Assembly: GCA_016176685.1 (NCBI GenBank)
Contig: JACOWS010000001.1
Location: 78,113 to 142,112, forward strand
Direction: 5' to 3'
Length of the DNA: 64,000 bases
Source of the DNA: Patescibacteria group bacterium
Lineage (GTDB): Bacteria > Patescibacteriota > Minisyncoccia > Phycocordibacterales > SBAW01
Position numbers and translations under genes: made by a program. The notes below the pieces were generated by a model. That model did not search any database. It was not told where the DNA came from and saw only the letters and a list, made by a program, of their open reading frames with translations. Numbering within the stretch: position 1 is the first letter of the stretch; every line of letters starts with the position of its first letter. Of the stretch, positions 36,500-45,942 are shown one piece after another.

Positions 36500-37735
36500 C
36501 TACTGCGTTAACCTAACTCCCCACAGGGCTTGGTTGCCTTGCGCGACAAACACCAGATAGCGGTCGTCCGACGATAGTGCAAAAGTTTCTATAGCCCCCA
36601 CGACCCCGCCGTCTTTTGAGCCGGGCAGTGCCGCAAGGTTGCTCAAACCGGTAGACACGCTGAACGAAAGGACACTCTCCGCCACACTCCCCAACCCTTG
36701 GTGCCAGAGGTCAAGGTAGTTGCTTTGGGTAAACTGGAGCGGTGCGGCACAGTACAGCAGGTCGGTTTTTGCCGCGCTCCAGACGCATTTCTCCGGGAAC
36801 GGGTCGAAGGAAAGCGCAATATCTGTCCCGCTTCCCACATTGCGCACATAGGTGGGGTGTACGTCTCCCGCCGCAGATGTTTTTTGATATACCACGTGAG
36901 AAAAGGTGTTGTCAGCCAGCGCGGTGAGCCCCGCCGCATACAAGAGCGGCACCACCGAGCCGCTTTTAACCCCGATAGAAAACAACATGCCTGGTACGCC
37001 GGCCGCAGATTTAGTCTGTACCAGTAAAGTGTTTAGCGAGGGCCACGAAAGCAAAAGCTCGGTAAGCGGAAGAGAAAATAACTTTTTACTGCCGGTGCCA
37101 TCTGCTTTTGCGGTATACCCGTCGGCCCCACGTGCGGTAACAAGCAGGTACGCAACCTGTGTGCCGTCGGGCGAGGCGGCGATACTCGCTATGTTGTCCG
37201 GCAAAAACTGGATACGTATCGGTGCTGGTGTGCTTGAGGTGGTGGTTGCGGGCGGGAGCGACACATGCACGCTTTTGAGCACGCCGCTGTCAAAGTATTG
37301 GAAGACCACCCCCTCTCCCCCCTCGGTCCATAGTGTGCGCACCACACCGGGGATAGTGGTGTTTGACACGGCGCGCGGTACCGAGCCGGGCGAGTCGAGC
37401 GGGAGGTCGAATATATGCCCGTTGCTTGCGAGCACGTAGCGGGCCATGGTGGTGGTGGGGTGGAGTGTTTGAACCAAGGTGGCGCCAGCAACAGGTCCTG
37501 TGGCCACCAAAAATATCTTCTGTGTGCTCGCTTGGCCGGCGATGGGCTGCAGGTTGTTGGTGTCGCTGCCGCCACTGCCAGTGCCAACGGTAGAAACATT
37601 ACTCCCGGTGCCAAAAGCCGGGCCGTTTGTGGATGTGGGGAGTGCGGCTGGCGCGCGGAAAAAGAAAAACCACGCGGCAAATACCAAAATACTGATGCCA
37701 ACAACTCCCATCACTATTTGTGTTGCTTTGGTCAT
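36500..37735 (-). CDS. hypothetical exported protein with N-terminal TM anchor (last gene of T4SS-like locus)
   Basis: MTKATQIVMGVVGISILVFAAWFFFF anchor followed by Thr/Gly-rich linker and about 330-aa beta-rich domain. Confidence 0.5.
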   Translation of the reverse strand: MTKATQIVMGVVGISILVFAAWFFFFRAPAALPTSTNGPAFGTGSNVSTVGTGSGGSDTNNLQPIAGQASTQKIFLVATGPVAGATLVQTLHPTTTMARYVLASNGHIFDLPLDSPGSVPRAVSNTTIPGVVRTLWTEGGEGVVFQYFDSGVLKSVHVSLPPATTTSSTPAPIRIQFLPDNIASIAASPDGTQVAYLLVTARGADGYTAKADGTGSKKLFSLPLTELLLSWPSLNTLLVQTKSAAGVPGMLFSIGVKSGSVVPLLYAAGLTALADNTFSHVVYQKTSAAGDVHPTYVRNVGSGTDIALSFDPFPEKCVWSAAKTDLLYCAAPLQFTQSNYLDLWHQGLGSVAESVLSFSVSTGLSNLAALPGSKDGGVVGAIETFALSSDDRYLVFVAQGNQALWGVRLTQ

Positions 37736-37738
37736 AAT

Positions 37739-38653
37739 TTATTTTACACACTCATAAGTATCACGCGTAAAATTTTCCTCCACGGAAGAACCCTTTTTAC
37801 TAACTGATCCAGCACACTTACTCGTAAAACTTTGCAGTAGCGCGCTACCGCTTTGGTCATTGCTTTTGATGGTTATAACCCCTGAACTTTCAACTGTTGT
37901 ATTTGACGTGCTATTCGTTTGGGTAGCACTGGTGTTAGTTGTGGCCGCGCCACCCGCGTTACCAGAGGGGCCAAAGTTAAAGTTAAGCAGTTGAGGGTTG
38001 ATGGTTTGTAATATAAGCACCGAAGAAATAAGTATCAAAAGCCCCCACAGTGCGCCACTAATTCGTTTACGGGCCTGCTCCTTTTTGTCGGCTATATCGG
38101 AAACCATGTAGGTAATACCGCCTATAACCAAAGCAAGCACCGCCACCAACCCACCGAGCGAAATAAGAATACGGAACACTCCGTTTAGCAAACTCCCAAA
38201 ACTCCCCGGCTTCCCCGACTCGTCAATATTGCCCGGCAATGGCTCAAGCGGCGTGTAGCACAGCTCCCCCGCCGGCGTCCCCGGCGGGCAAGTGGTTCGT
38301 GTGGTTTGTGTGGAAGGCGCGGAAGGGGTAGAGGGTGTCTGAGGCACAGTAGTTATGTTGCCACTCCGGCTACATTGCAGGCTAGCGGGTCTAATAAGAA
38401 AGCCAGGCGTTTCTTCACAAGAATATCCTGAAGGCACGCCAGTACAGACCCAGGAACCACTAATAACCTTACAGTTGTTTGGTAGTGGAGGTTTTTCTGC
38501 TGGCGGTGTGCAAAGCCAATCCGAATCAACAAAACCGCTCTCTTTGCACGAAAAACTCATTTCCGCAGCGTAGAGTGGTAATGGAGATAAGATTCCTCCA
38601 GCAACAATGGCGAATGCCACAACTGCAAATAGGTTGATGAAAATATTTCTCAT
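37739..38653 (-). CDS. exported Cys-rich protein with C-terminal two-helix membrane hairpin (VirB2/TrbC-pilin-like candidate)
   Basis: signal peptide, 8-Cys domain, Thr/Pro linker, then ILISLGGLVAVLALVIGGITYMV / ALWGLLILISSVLILQ hydrophobic pair as in conjugative pilins. Confidence 0.4.
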   Translation of the reverse strand: MRNIFINLFAVVAFAIVAGGILSPLPLYAAEMSFSCKESGFVDSDWLCTPPAEKPPLPNNCKVISGSWVCTGVPSGYSCEETPGFLIRPASLQCSRSGNITTVPQTPSTPSAPSTQTTRTTCPPGTPAGELCYTPLEPLPGNIDESGKPGSFGSLLNGVFRILISLGGLVAVLALVIGGITYMVSDIADKKEQARKRISGALWGLLILISSVLILQTINPQLLNFNFGPSGNAGGAATTNTSATQTNSTSNTTVESSGVITIKSNDQSGSALLQSFTSKCAGSVSKKGSSVEENFTRDTYECVK

Positions 38654-39690
38654 AAGCCAAAGAAGGAACTTAGGGTATTGCCAGTTTGCTCGCCAAAGAC
38701 TATGCGGAGAGCCGTGGAGGCAGACTGCACAAACTTGCTCGGGTCGTTGTTTTGTAGTGTTACGCCAAGTATGGCGCTCCCTACCCCGCTCCCCGTTTGC
38801 CGGAGTGTCAAAAGCCCGCGCGCGCTGTCGGGCCCGCTGGTTGGCGTACCGTTAAGCGTCCAGGCGTAGGTAGCCGCGCCGCTTGCCACACTGTCGGTCG
38901 AAAAAAAGTACGGCACGGCCTGGAGAGTCAGCTCTTTGCTGCCAAGCGCAATGCCGCTTGGCACCGCCTGGCCGTATAGCACGCCTCTAAGCGGGTCGCG
39001 TGCATATAGTACGAGCTGCGGGTCCTCGGATGGGATTACTATCTCTGCGTGCCCGACTTTTACCTCGCTTAGGTATACATCCACCCCCACCGCCTCGGCG
39101 CTTCGCAGCTGCGAGCCGACAAAGGTAAAGGTGTCGCGCCCCTTGCCCGAGGATTGCGGCACCGGCTCGCCATTTTGCTGCCACTGAAAAGAAAGGTTGT
39201 TGGAAGAAATGGTAGTGCCGTTTGCCACCACCGTGGGGAATGCCGTTACGCTAACTTGAGAGCCGGCGCTGTAGAGGGCCTTACCGGCATAGCGTGGCGG
39301 CACCGAGGTGTCGGCCTCCCACAGCAAGTTTATTGCCGATGGTATAAAAACAAAGTCGCGCACAAAGGTGCCGTTGGTCGGCGAGTTTACCACCACGTGC
39401 ACGCGGGTGGAGACCCCAAGCCCCCCGGCTGTAAAGGAAAAAACTCTCTCCCCCACGCCGGAAAGTGCCGTGGCGCCGTTTTTTTGCCAGGTAATGGTAG
39501 CGTTGCCAAGGAAGGTACCCACCCCTTGTACCTGTATCACCACCTGCTCCCCCGGGCCGGGCAACTCCGGCGCTATCACAAATTGTATGGGGTCCGGCTG
39601 GCTCCCAAGCGTTTGCGCGTGTACTGCCGCGCCAGCCGCCAAGGCGACACCGGCGAGAAACAGCGCGATTATTTTAGGTAGTCGCTTCAT
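38650..39690 (-). CDS. secreted repeat-containing (Ig-like) protein, hypothetical
   Basis: signal peptide MKRLPKIIALFLAGVALAAGAAVHA; internal approx. 90-aa repeats (..WQKNG..PV..SSGKGRDTFTF..). Confidence 0.5.
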   Translation of the reverse strand: MKRLPKIIALFLAGVALAAGAAVHAQTLGSQPDPIQFVIAPELPGPGEQVVIQVQGVGTFLGNATITWQKNGATALSGVGERVFSFTAGGLGVSTRVHVVVNSPTNGTFVRDFVFIPSAINLLWEADTSVPPRYAGKALYSAGSQVSVTAFPTVVANGTTISSNNLSFQWQQNGEPVPQSSGKGRDTFTFVGSQLRSAEAVGVDVYLSEVKVGHAEIVIPSEDPQLVLYARDPLRGVLYGQAVPSGIALGSKELTLQAVPYFFSTDSVASGAATYAWTLNGTPTSGPDSARGLLTLRQTGSGVGSAILGVTLQNNDPSKFVQSASTALRIVFGEQTGNTLSSFFGL

Positions 39691-40111
39691 GTAATTGTGT
39701 TTCCTGCCCATCCGCTTTTTTATATGTTTGAACTGCCCGCTCCTCTTCCTTGACTTTTTTATACGCGCAGCGATAGGCAAGTATGGTCCAACTTGGTGCA
39801 AGGTTTATAAGCGGCAGAGCCTCTCCTAAATAAGTAGCAAAAACAGCGCCCGGGTAAAACATCTTGCCATGTATGAGAAGGGCTGTCAGCAAAACTCCGC
39901 CACCCAGGCCGATACAGACTTCAAATACGTAGCCCAGTATCATTCCAATTGGGATGGTTACAGTGCTTGCTAGCGTCCCTACTACCGGTATAGCTCCAAT
40001 GCCAAAAATAATGCCCGAAAGCGCTAAACCAACCCCAATTTGCAAACCGTCGATAACAGCCCCTACGACTATGTACAGAAATCCTTTTTTTAATGCTTTG
40101 GCAAATAGCAT
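39674..40111 (-). CDS. small polytopic membrane protein, hypothetical
   Basis: 145 aa, 4 TM, directly downstream of VirB4-like ATPase. Confidence 0.45.
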   Translation of the reverse strand: MLFAKALKKGFLYIVVGAVIDGLQIGVGLALSGIIFGIGAIPVVGTLASTVTIPIGMILGYVFEVCIGLGGGVLLTALLIHGKMFYPGAVFATYLGEALPLINLAPSWTILAYRCAYKKVKEEERAVQTYKKADGQETQLHEATT

Positions 40112-40119
40112 ATATGGTA

Positions 40120-41925
40120 TTACGTCTGTTGGCGCTGTTTGCGCAGGGCGAGTACTTGGCTTGGGTCGGAGGTGATTATCTGGTCTTCAGTGTAGGAAGC
40201 GATGACTTTAATGGCCACGTGCTTCATGCCAGCAAAAAAGATACCCTCCCCTACGTCTGATTCTAGCAACAAATACTTTTCTTCGTCGGAGAGGTTAAAG
40301 GTTTTTTGGAGCGTGTCTATCGTGGTCGGCGACTGTTTAAGCAAGAGTTGGATAGATGAGTTGGTTATCATCGGCAAGCCGTACGGCGACTTTAAAAAGT
40401 CGTCCACGTCTTGCGTGATGGTCGCCAGCCCCAGGTAGTACTTGCGGCCGCGCTTGGCCATGCTGTAAAGGAAGGAGGCGGTGTCCTCCGACTTCATCAT
40501 CCACCACGCCTCGTCTATAACGAGCAGGCGTTTTTTAAGGTTTTTGCGCACCGCGTTCCAAATGTAGTGGGTAATCAGGTACATCGCCACCGGCTTTAGG
40601 TCGTCTTCCATATCGCGGACGGAAAAGACGACAAACTTTTTGTTGAGGTCCACGTTGGTGGCGCGGTTGATAAAACCGGCCCACGTGCCCTTGGTGTACT
40701 TGGAGAGCCGCTGGACCAACGACTCGCTCCCCTGCATCCCCGAGAGCACCAGCTCAAAGTCGGAGAGGAGCGGCGGCTCCACCTGGGAAAAGTCGGAGTC
40801 CACGGTAATATCTTTAAGCGCGTAGGTCTCGGTAATCGCTTTGTCTATGAGCGCATCCTCCTCCGGGGTAAGGCCGCCGAGCATGATGCGGAACATCCCC
40901 ACCAGCGCCACAATGTTGCTACGCAGGATGTCGGCGGGGTTTTCGTCTTCCCTCGGGGGGGCAAGGTCAAACGGGTTTATGTGGTGCTCGGAGTTGAGAG
41001 AAATGTTGAAGTACCGCCCGCCTACCGCTTGGGAGAGGAACTCATATTCCCGCTCCGGGTCTATCACTATTACCTCGGCATCAAACATCAACGTGCGCAA
41101 AATTTCAAGCTTGGTGGCATAGCTTTTGCCGGAGCCCGACTTGGCAAAGATAACCGAGTTGTAGTTTTCCAAAGAAAAGCGGTCAAACAACACCAAGGAG
41201 GCATTGTGTCGGTTGACGCCATAGAGTATCCCGCGGTCGGAGGTGAGGTCGAAGGAAACGAATGGAAAAATGGAGGAGAGCGGGCTGGAGTTGAGCTTGG
41301 AATTGACATTCAGCTCGTCCTTCCCCAACGGCAAGACCGACTTAAAGCCCTGCTCCTGCTGGAAGAGCGCCGGTTTTACATACACCAGGCGGCTCTCGAG
41401 CATCGACTTTATCTCGCTCTCCGTTTTGTCGAGCTCTTCTGTTGATGCACCGTATAGGGTGATGTACACGCCCACGTCAAAAATGCGTTCTTGCGCCTGC
41501 TGGAGCTGGTCGCGCAGGTCCTCCAGGTCGCGGTACGCGGTGTCGAGCATCGGGTCGCGGACCATGCCCTTTTCCTCCCGCGCCATAATCTGGCTTTGCA
41601 CCTCGGCTACTTTTTTTTGAAACTTTTTGAGTATCTCGGCGGAGTCTATCGGGTGGATAAAAACAGAGATGTCGAGCACGCGGTCGAGATTGATAATGGG
41701 GGCAAACCACGAGTCGGTAAGCACCCGGGGGTAGGACATCACAAAAAAAGTGCGCGCAATTTTGTCGCCCAAGTTTATTTCGCGCGGGGTAATTTTGAGC
41801 GCGGAGGGCGCTATGACATCCTGGAGCTCCAAGACCCCCTGCTTGTATATCTGCTCGGGCATAATAGGCGCCACCGGGGTGGTTTGCGAGAGCTTTTTTG
41901 GTTTTAGAAAGTCGAGTAATGCCAT
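40120..41925 (-). CDS. virB4: type IV secretion VirB4/TrbE/TraC-family ATPase, C-terminal (ATPase) part
   Basis: Walker A FAKSGSGKSY and the family-specific Walker B RLLVIDEAWWMM (DEAW) plus LGLATITQDV. Confidence 0.8.
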   Translation of the reverse strand: MALLDFLKPKKLSQTTPVAPIMPEQIYKQGVLELQDVIAPSALKITPREINLGDKIARTFFVMSYPRVLTDSWFAPIINLDRVLDISVFIHPIDSAEILKKFQKKVAEVQSQIMAREEKGMVRDPMLDTAYRDLEDLRDQLQQAQERIFDVGVYITLYGASTEELDKTESEIKSMLESRLVYVKPALFQQEQGFKSVLPLGKDELNVNSKLNSSPLSSIFPFVSFDLTSDRGILYGVNRHNASLVLFDRFSLENYNSVIFAKSGSGKSYATKLEILRTLMFDAEVIVIDPEREYEFLSQAVGGRYFNISLNSEHHINPFDLAPPREDENPADILRSNIVALVGMFRIMLGGLTPEEDALIDKAITETYALKDITVDSDFSQVEPPLLSDFELVLSGMQGSESLVQRLSKYTKGTWAGFINRATNVDLNKKFVVFSVRDMEDDLKPVAMYLITHYIWNAVRKNLKKRLLVIDEAWWMMKSEDTASFLYSMAKRGRKYYLGLATITQDVDDFLKSPYGLPMITNSSIQLLLKQSPTTIDTLQKTFNLSDEEKYLLLESDVGEGIFFAGMKHVAIKVIASYTEDQIITSDPSQVLALRKQRQQT

Positions 41926-41933
41926 ACCGTTAT

Positions 41934-42608
41934 TTATTTTACCGCTTCGGCCATCTTGGTGACTTGGAGCGGCTTCTCGAGCTCGCCGGGGTTGAATAGT
42001 TTGTAAAACAGCTCGATAACCTCCTCGGTGCCGAGCTTTACCACGCGCACGCCGGTGCGCACCAGCCCCTGCTCGATAACCGCCACGCGCTGCTCCAGCT
42101 GGGTGCGATACTGCTCAAACTGCAGATCGGTGGGGGCAACCGCACTGCTACCACCCGACGGCAAAAGCGAGGAGAGCGAGCCCATGACCCCGCCGCCGCG
42201 GACAAAGAGCGCCGGGTCGTACGGCACTACAATGAAGAAGTTTTTGGTCATGATGTTTGCCCGCTCGGTGAAGTCTTTTATAAAGGCGATGTACTCGCGT
42301 ATCTGTATCTTCATCAGGTCGTCCAGCTCGGCGGCATAGCGCTCTTCGAGGAGCGCTATGTAGGGGCGGATGTCGAGCTCGCGGCTTTCGATAAAAAATT
42401 GCACGGTAAACTCCAGCGAGTTAAGAAAGTTTTGAAACTGGCTGACAATGGCCTGCTGCTCGTCTTGCGACTTAAGCGCCAGGTTTATTGATGAGGCCAT
42501 AAGGAGCGCGCGCAGGCTCCCGTCTTTGAGTATCACCAAGCCATCCCGCACCTCTTTGAGTGGGACAAATTCCTGCGTACCTTTTGTTTTTACACCTCCT
42601 TCGTCCAT
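41934..42608 (-). CDS. VirB4-family N-terminal domain protein (separate ORF)
   Basis: TQEFVPLKEVRDGLVILKDGSLRALLMASSINLALKSQDEQQAIVSQFQNFLNSLEFTVQF resembles the N-terminal region of Gram-positive-type VirB4 (TrsE/PrgJ); stop at 41934-36, downstream ATG at 41925. Confidence 0.6.
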   Translation of the reverse strand: MDEGGVKTKGTQEFVPLKEVRDGLVILKDGSLRALLMASSINLALKSQDEQQAIVSQFQNFLNSLEFTVQFFIESRELDIRPYIALLEERYAAELDDLMKIQIREYIAFIKDFTERANIMTKNFFIVVPYDPALFVRGGGVMGSLSSLLPSGGSSAVAPTDLQFEQYRTQLEQRVAVIEQGLVRTGVRVVKLGTEEVIELFYKLFNPGELEKPLQVTKMAEAVK

Positions 42609-42618
42609 AATTTGTATC

Positions 42619-43074
42619 TCAAATTTCAAACCCGGTGCGTACTTTGTTTTCCGTAACGCCCATGGTGGTACGGTCTTTGATGTTGAGCGACCACGCAAGG
42701 TCTTTGAGCCGGCTCTCCGACAGCTTGGGGACCGGCAATAGCGGTCCCGGCGGTTTGGCTGTGGCCCCAGCCGCTTCTCGCGCAGGGGCCGCGGTATGCG
42801 GCTTCCATAGGTACAGCTTGTTGCCCAAGAGATACCCAAAGGCGTGCTCCAAGACCACTATAAAGGGCCGGCCATTAACCTCGTAAAAGGCAAGCGCGGC
42901 CGCAAAAACCATAACCGGTATGATAAAAATCACCGCAAGCCAGAGCGGCAAGAGCGTAAAGAAAGCGAGAGAAAGTCCGCCGCCGCCGGCAAGGTAGATA
43001 AATTGTTTAAAGGTCAAAGGCCCAAAGATCTTGTCCTCGACCTCTATAAACTGCGGGACTTGGTACCGAGCCAT
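42619..43074 (-). CDS. VirB3/TcpE-like small membrane protein
   Basis: MARYQVPQFIEVEDKIFGPLTFKQFIYLAGGGGL followed by two adjacent TM helices, the architecture of TcpE/PrgI-type VirB3 homologs that precede VirB4. Confidence 0.5.
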   Translation of the reverse strand: MARYQVPQFIEVEDKIFGPLTFKQFIYLAGGGGLSLAFFTLLPLWLAVIFIIPVMVFAAALAFYEVNGRPFIVVLEHAFGYLLGNKLYLWKPHTAAPAREAAGATAKPPGPLLPVPKLSESRLKDLAWSLNIKDRTTMGVTENKVRTGFEI

Positions 43075-43097
43075 CGCTCATAAGTATATCGCACCTT

Positions 43098-43673
43098 TTA
43101 CTCTACCGGCTCGCGGTAGGGGTCGGCTTTGTAATTTTGCGGCTTGGGCGGCTGTTGGTTGCCGGTTGTTTGTTGTTTGTGGTCAGTGGTTGGTTGCGGT
43201 ACCGGAGTCACGCTCGCTGTTTTTTGCGTGAGCATCAAGTCGGCCGAGTGCATCTCTGCTGGTTTTGGCGTAAGTAGTGGTGCCGTCACAGGGGCTGAAA
43301 CTGGCGTGGGGGTTACTGGTGTAGAGGAAATCGGCGACACACTTCCCAACTCGGCCACTTTTTTCATAGAGTCGCGGATTTTTAAAAAAAGCATATCATT
43401 TACATCTCGGGCAACTGCGCCGGCTTTTGCTTGGTCAATTTGCAGGACCTCTGCCACGTGGGTGACAAAATCATTTGGCTTGGTAAAACCAATCATCACA
43501 TCGACCGCCTCTGCCTCCAGCACTCCCATTTGGTCAATATGCAACGTGTGTTTGGCACCAATCTGGCGGATAATCGAATCCATATCTGCGCTATAAATAA
43601 TATTTCGTATATCCTCCGGTAGCGACTCAAGCCGCCGTCCAACCTCTTCTGGTGTGTGTAATTCTCGTACCAT
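43098..43673 (-). CDS. hypothetical protein with Pro/Thr-rich tail
   Basis: 191 aa, soluble N-domain then TPVTPTPVSAPVTAP low-complexity. Confidence 0.4.
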   Translation of the reverse strand: MVRELHTPEEVGRRLESLPEDIRNIIYSADMDSIIRQIGAKHTLHIDQMGVLEAEAVDVMIGFTKPNDFVTHVAEVLQIDQAKAGAVARDVNDMLFLKIRDSMKKVAELGSVSPISSTPVTPTPVSAPVTAPLLTPKPAEMHSADLMLTQKTASVTPVPQPTTDHKQQTTGNQQPPKPQNYKADPYREPVE

Positions 43674-43692
43674 AAATAAATTGTAACACTAG

Positions 43693-45942
43693 CTAAATAA
43701 TCTCGGTACGCACCGGTGTTGCTGGGTTAGGAGTATTTTTCATCTCAACTTTTACCCGATACTCTCCGGCTGTCTTTGTGTCGCTTACCGCCGATGGTAT
43801 TTTTTTAGTCTCATCAGCGAGCTTGTTCAGAGAATTTTTTACTTCTTGGAGGCGTGCGGCGTTTTGCCCGGCAATAACCCGATCTTTTTTGGAAAGGTCA
43901 GTATCACGGCTCTTGAAGTTTTCTGCGGCAACCTTATCGTTTATCTCTACAATCATTTCTTTTACAGATGCAGAATTTATCAGCGCTCTCTCGGCAGTAT
44001 GTGCAGAAAGTTTTTCAAGAGATACCCCGCGCGCTTTAAGTTCTTCGCGCACCTTCTGCAGCTCGCGTACTATCTTTTGTGTTTGTTGGCGCGGAGCATC
44101 GCCTGATTGCTCGTGCCATACTTTTTCGAGATTCTCTTTTTGTTTATCGGAGATTTTGTCGAGTTCTTTAATAGCCGCCATTTGTTTCTCGCTTACGTGT
44201 TCAATCACACCGTTCAACTGCTTATAGTCCATCTGTCCTAACTGGTTTTTAGAAAGGTTCCTGATCCTCTCTTTGTCTCGCGGGGAGGGTGCGCGGCCCT
44301 TCGCTACAGCGTGAACCGTACTCGGGGCGCCCAAGTCAAGAGGGAGGGACCCGTACTTGGCGTAAGCCGCCCCGGCGGCAACCTCTGGGATCTTCGTAAC
44401 ACCCGGCACCGCGCGCACATCATAGGTCCTATTTTGGAGAAAGCTCCCCACCCCCGCAGCTCCGGCTCGGCTCAGTCGAGTAACTACTCCATCTGTCGCT
44501 GTGCTGGCCGAACCTAACCTCCTTAGGCCCCCTCCCACCGCTGTGCCAAAAGTAAGTCTGCCAAGCCCGGCCACTGCCCCAAGTCCTGCCCCAAATACTT
44601 TCCCTTGGAACGAGCGCGCCCAACCAGAACCGGCTTTCACTATCATGTCCGCGCCGGAGAGCGCTACGTACATCATCGCAATAACAAACCCCATGCGGAT
44701 AGCCACGCTTGCTATTGCTACACCTACCGTTGCAACAAAGGACTCGTTGTTTGGCGTTTGGCCCGCCGCCCAGATACCATTGACCAAGTTGCCGCTTTGC
44801 GCCATTTCTTTCATAAATGTGGTAAGGATGAAGAACAAAAAGAGGTATATCGCCGGGTAGAACGAGTACTTAACAAGCGCCTCAAGCCACTGGTCGTACA
44901 GTTTTTTTGTGGCCGGCACATTGAGCGCGCGGCCAATGAGTGCAAGCGGCGCGGCGATGATAACGATCCACAGCCCGACCACCCGCATCACAAACTTTGC
45001 CCCCGCAAAGAGGAACGACCCCGCCAAGAGCGCAAACATAATCCCTACCGCCACATACACCAGCGATAGGGTGATAACTGTGTACAGAAACCCGTTGACC
45101 CCGCTGCCTGCTTCACTTTTGTTGTACAGCTGAAAACTTGGGGTATTAAAAATATTGTCAATGCGAACCGCGCTCATAATGCTATAGGTTAGGTCTTTGT
45201 ATTGACCGCCGGCAAAGCTGGTGACCACATTGGGGCCCGGCAGGGTGTTGGTGCTGTTGCTTACCCCGATGGGGTGGTACTCTATGAGGTTGTAAAACTG
45301 TATTGCCAGCACATTGCCGCCATCTATCACCACCCGGGTGAGGAAGAAGCTAAAGTTGATAACCAATGCCACCACAATGACGCCGGCGAGCATCTTCATC
45401 GTGCCCCCGGTTTCGGCCTTGAGCATCACGGTAAAGGCGATGTAGATGAGGATAAATATGAATGCCATGTTGGCGAGGTCGCGCGTGGTTTCCCAGCTGG
45501 TGTTGAGGAAGCTTAGCGCATAGGCGGTGCTGTCGAGAGAAAGTTGCACGGCAAAGCTAAAAAAGTATGCGGCAATGTAGGCAAAGGAGCCAAAGAGCCC
45601 CACCATAACGTAGTAGACGATGTTGGAGATGCAGAAGGCGAACCAATTATTGCCGCTAAAATTCAAGCAGCCGGAATTGTCTTCTGTGCCAAAGTCGGTC
45701 TTAGCAGCTTTATTGGACTCCTGTGCCGCGGGGTTGGCTGTTGCAGTGGTGTTTGGGGTGGTGGATAGCGGGTCTGCTTTGCCCGCGGTGTTGACGGTTT
45801 GGGGGTCGGCAGGCTCAATCGCTTGTGTTAGGGAAATTGACTGCACCAGTGGCGAGAATGCGAGCACCACCATAATTCCCGTGAGCAAGGTTTTTGCCCC
45901 CATGCGCAAAATGTTTTTCTTTATGTTATAGGCCAAAGGCAT
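43693..45942 (-). CDS. VirB6/TrbL-like polytopic membrane protein with long C-terminal coiled-coil extension
   Basis: N-terminal signal, periplasmic segment, about 6-8 TM helices across residues 100-450, then about 280-aa charged coiled-coil tail; position upstream of VirB3/VirB4. Confidence 0.5.
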   Translation of the reverse strand: MPLAYNIKKNILRMGAKTLLTGIMVVLAFSPLVQSISLTQAIEPADPQTVNTAGKADPLSTTPNTTATANPAAQESNKAAKTDFGTEDNSGCLNFSGNNWFAFCISNIVYYVMVGLFGSFAYIAAYFFSFAVQLSLDSTAYALSFLNTSWETTRDLANMAFIFILIYIAFTVMLKAETGGTMKMLAGVIVVALVINFSFFLTRVVIDGGNVLAIQFYNLIEYHPIGVSNSTNTLPGPNVVTSFAGGQYKDLTYSIMSAVRIDNIFNTPSFQLYNKSEAGSGVNGFLYTVITLSLVYVAVGIMFALLAGSFLFAGAKFVMRVVGLWIVIIAAPLALIGRALNVPATKKLYDQWLEALVKYSFYPAIYLFLFFILTTFMKEMAQSGNLVNGIWAAGQTPNNESFVATVGVAIASVAIRMGFVIAMMYVALSGADMIVKAGSGWARSFQGKVFGAGLGAVAGLGRLTFGTAVGGGLRRLGSASTATDGVVTRLSRAGAAGVGSFLQNRTYDVRAVPGVTKIPEVAAGAAYAKYGSLPLDLGAPSTVHAVAKGRAPSPRDKERIRNLSKNQLGQMDYKQLNGVIEHVSEKQMAAIKELDKISDKQKENLEKVWHEQSGDAPRQQTQKIVRELQKVREELKARGVSLEKLSAHTAERALINSASVKEMIVEINDKVAAENFKSRDTDLSKKDRVIAGQNAARLQEVKNSLNKLADETKKIPSAVSDTKTAGEYRVKVEMKNTPNPATPVRTEII

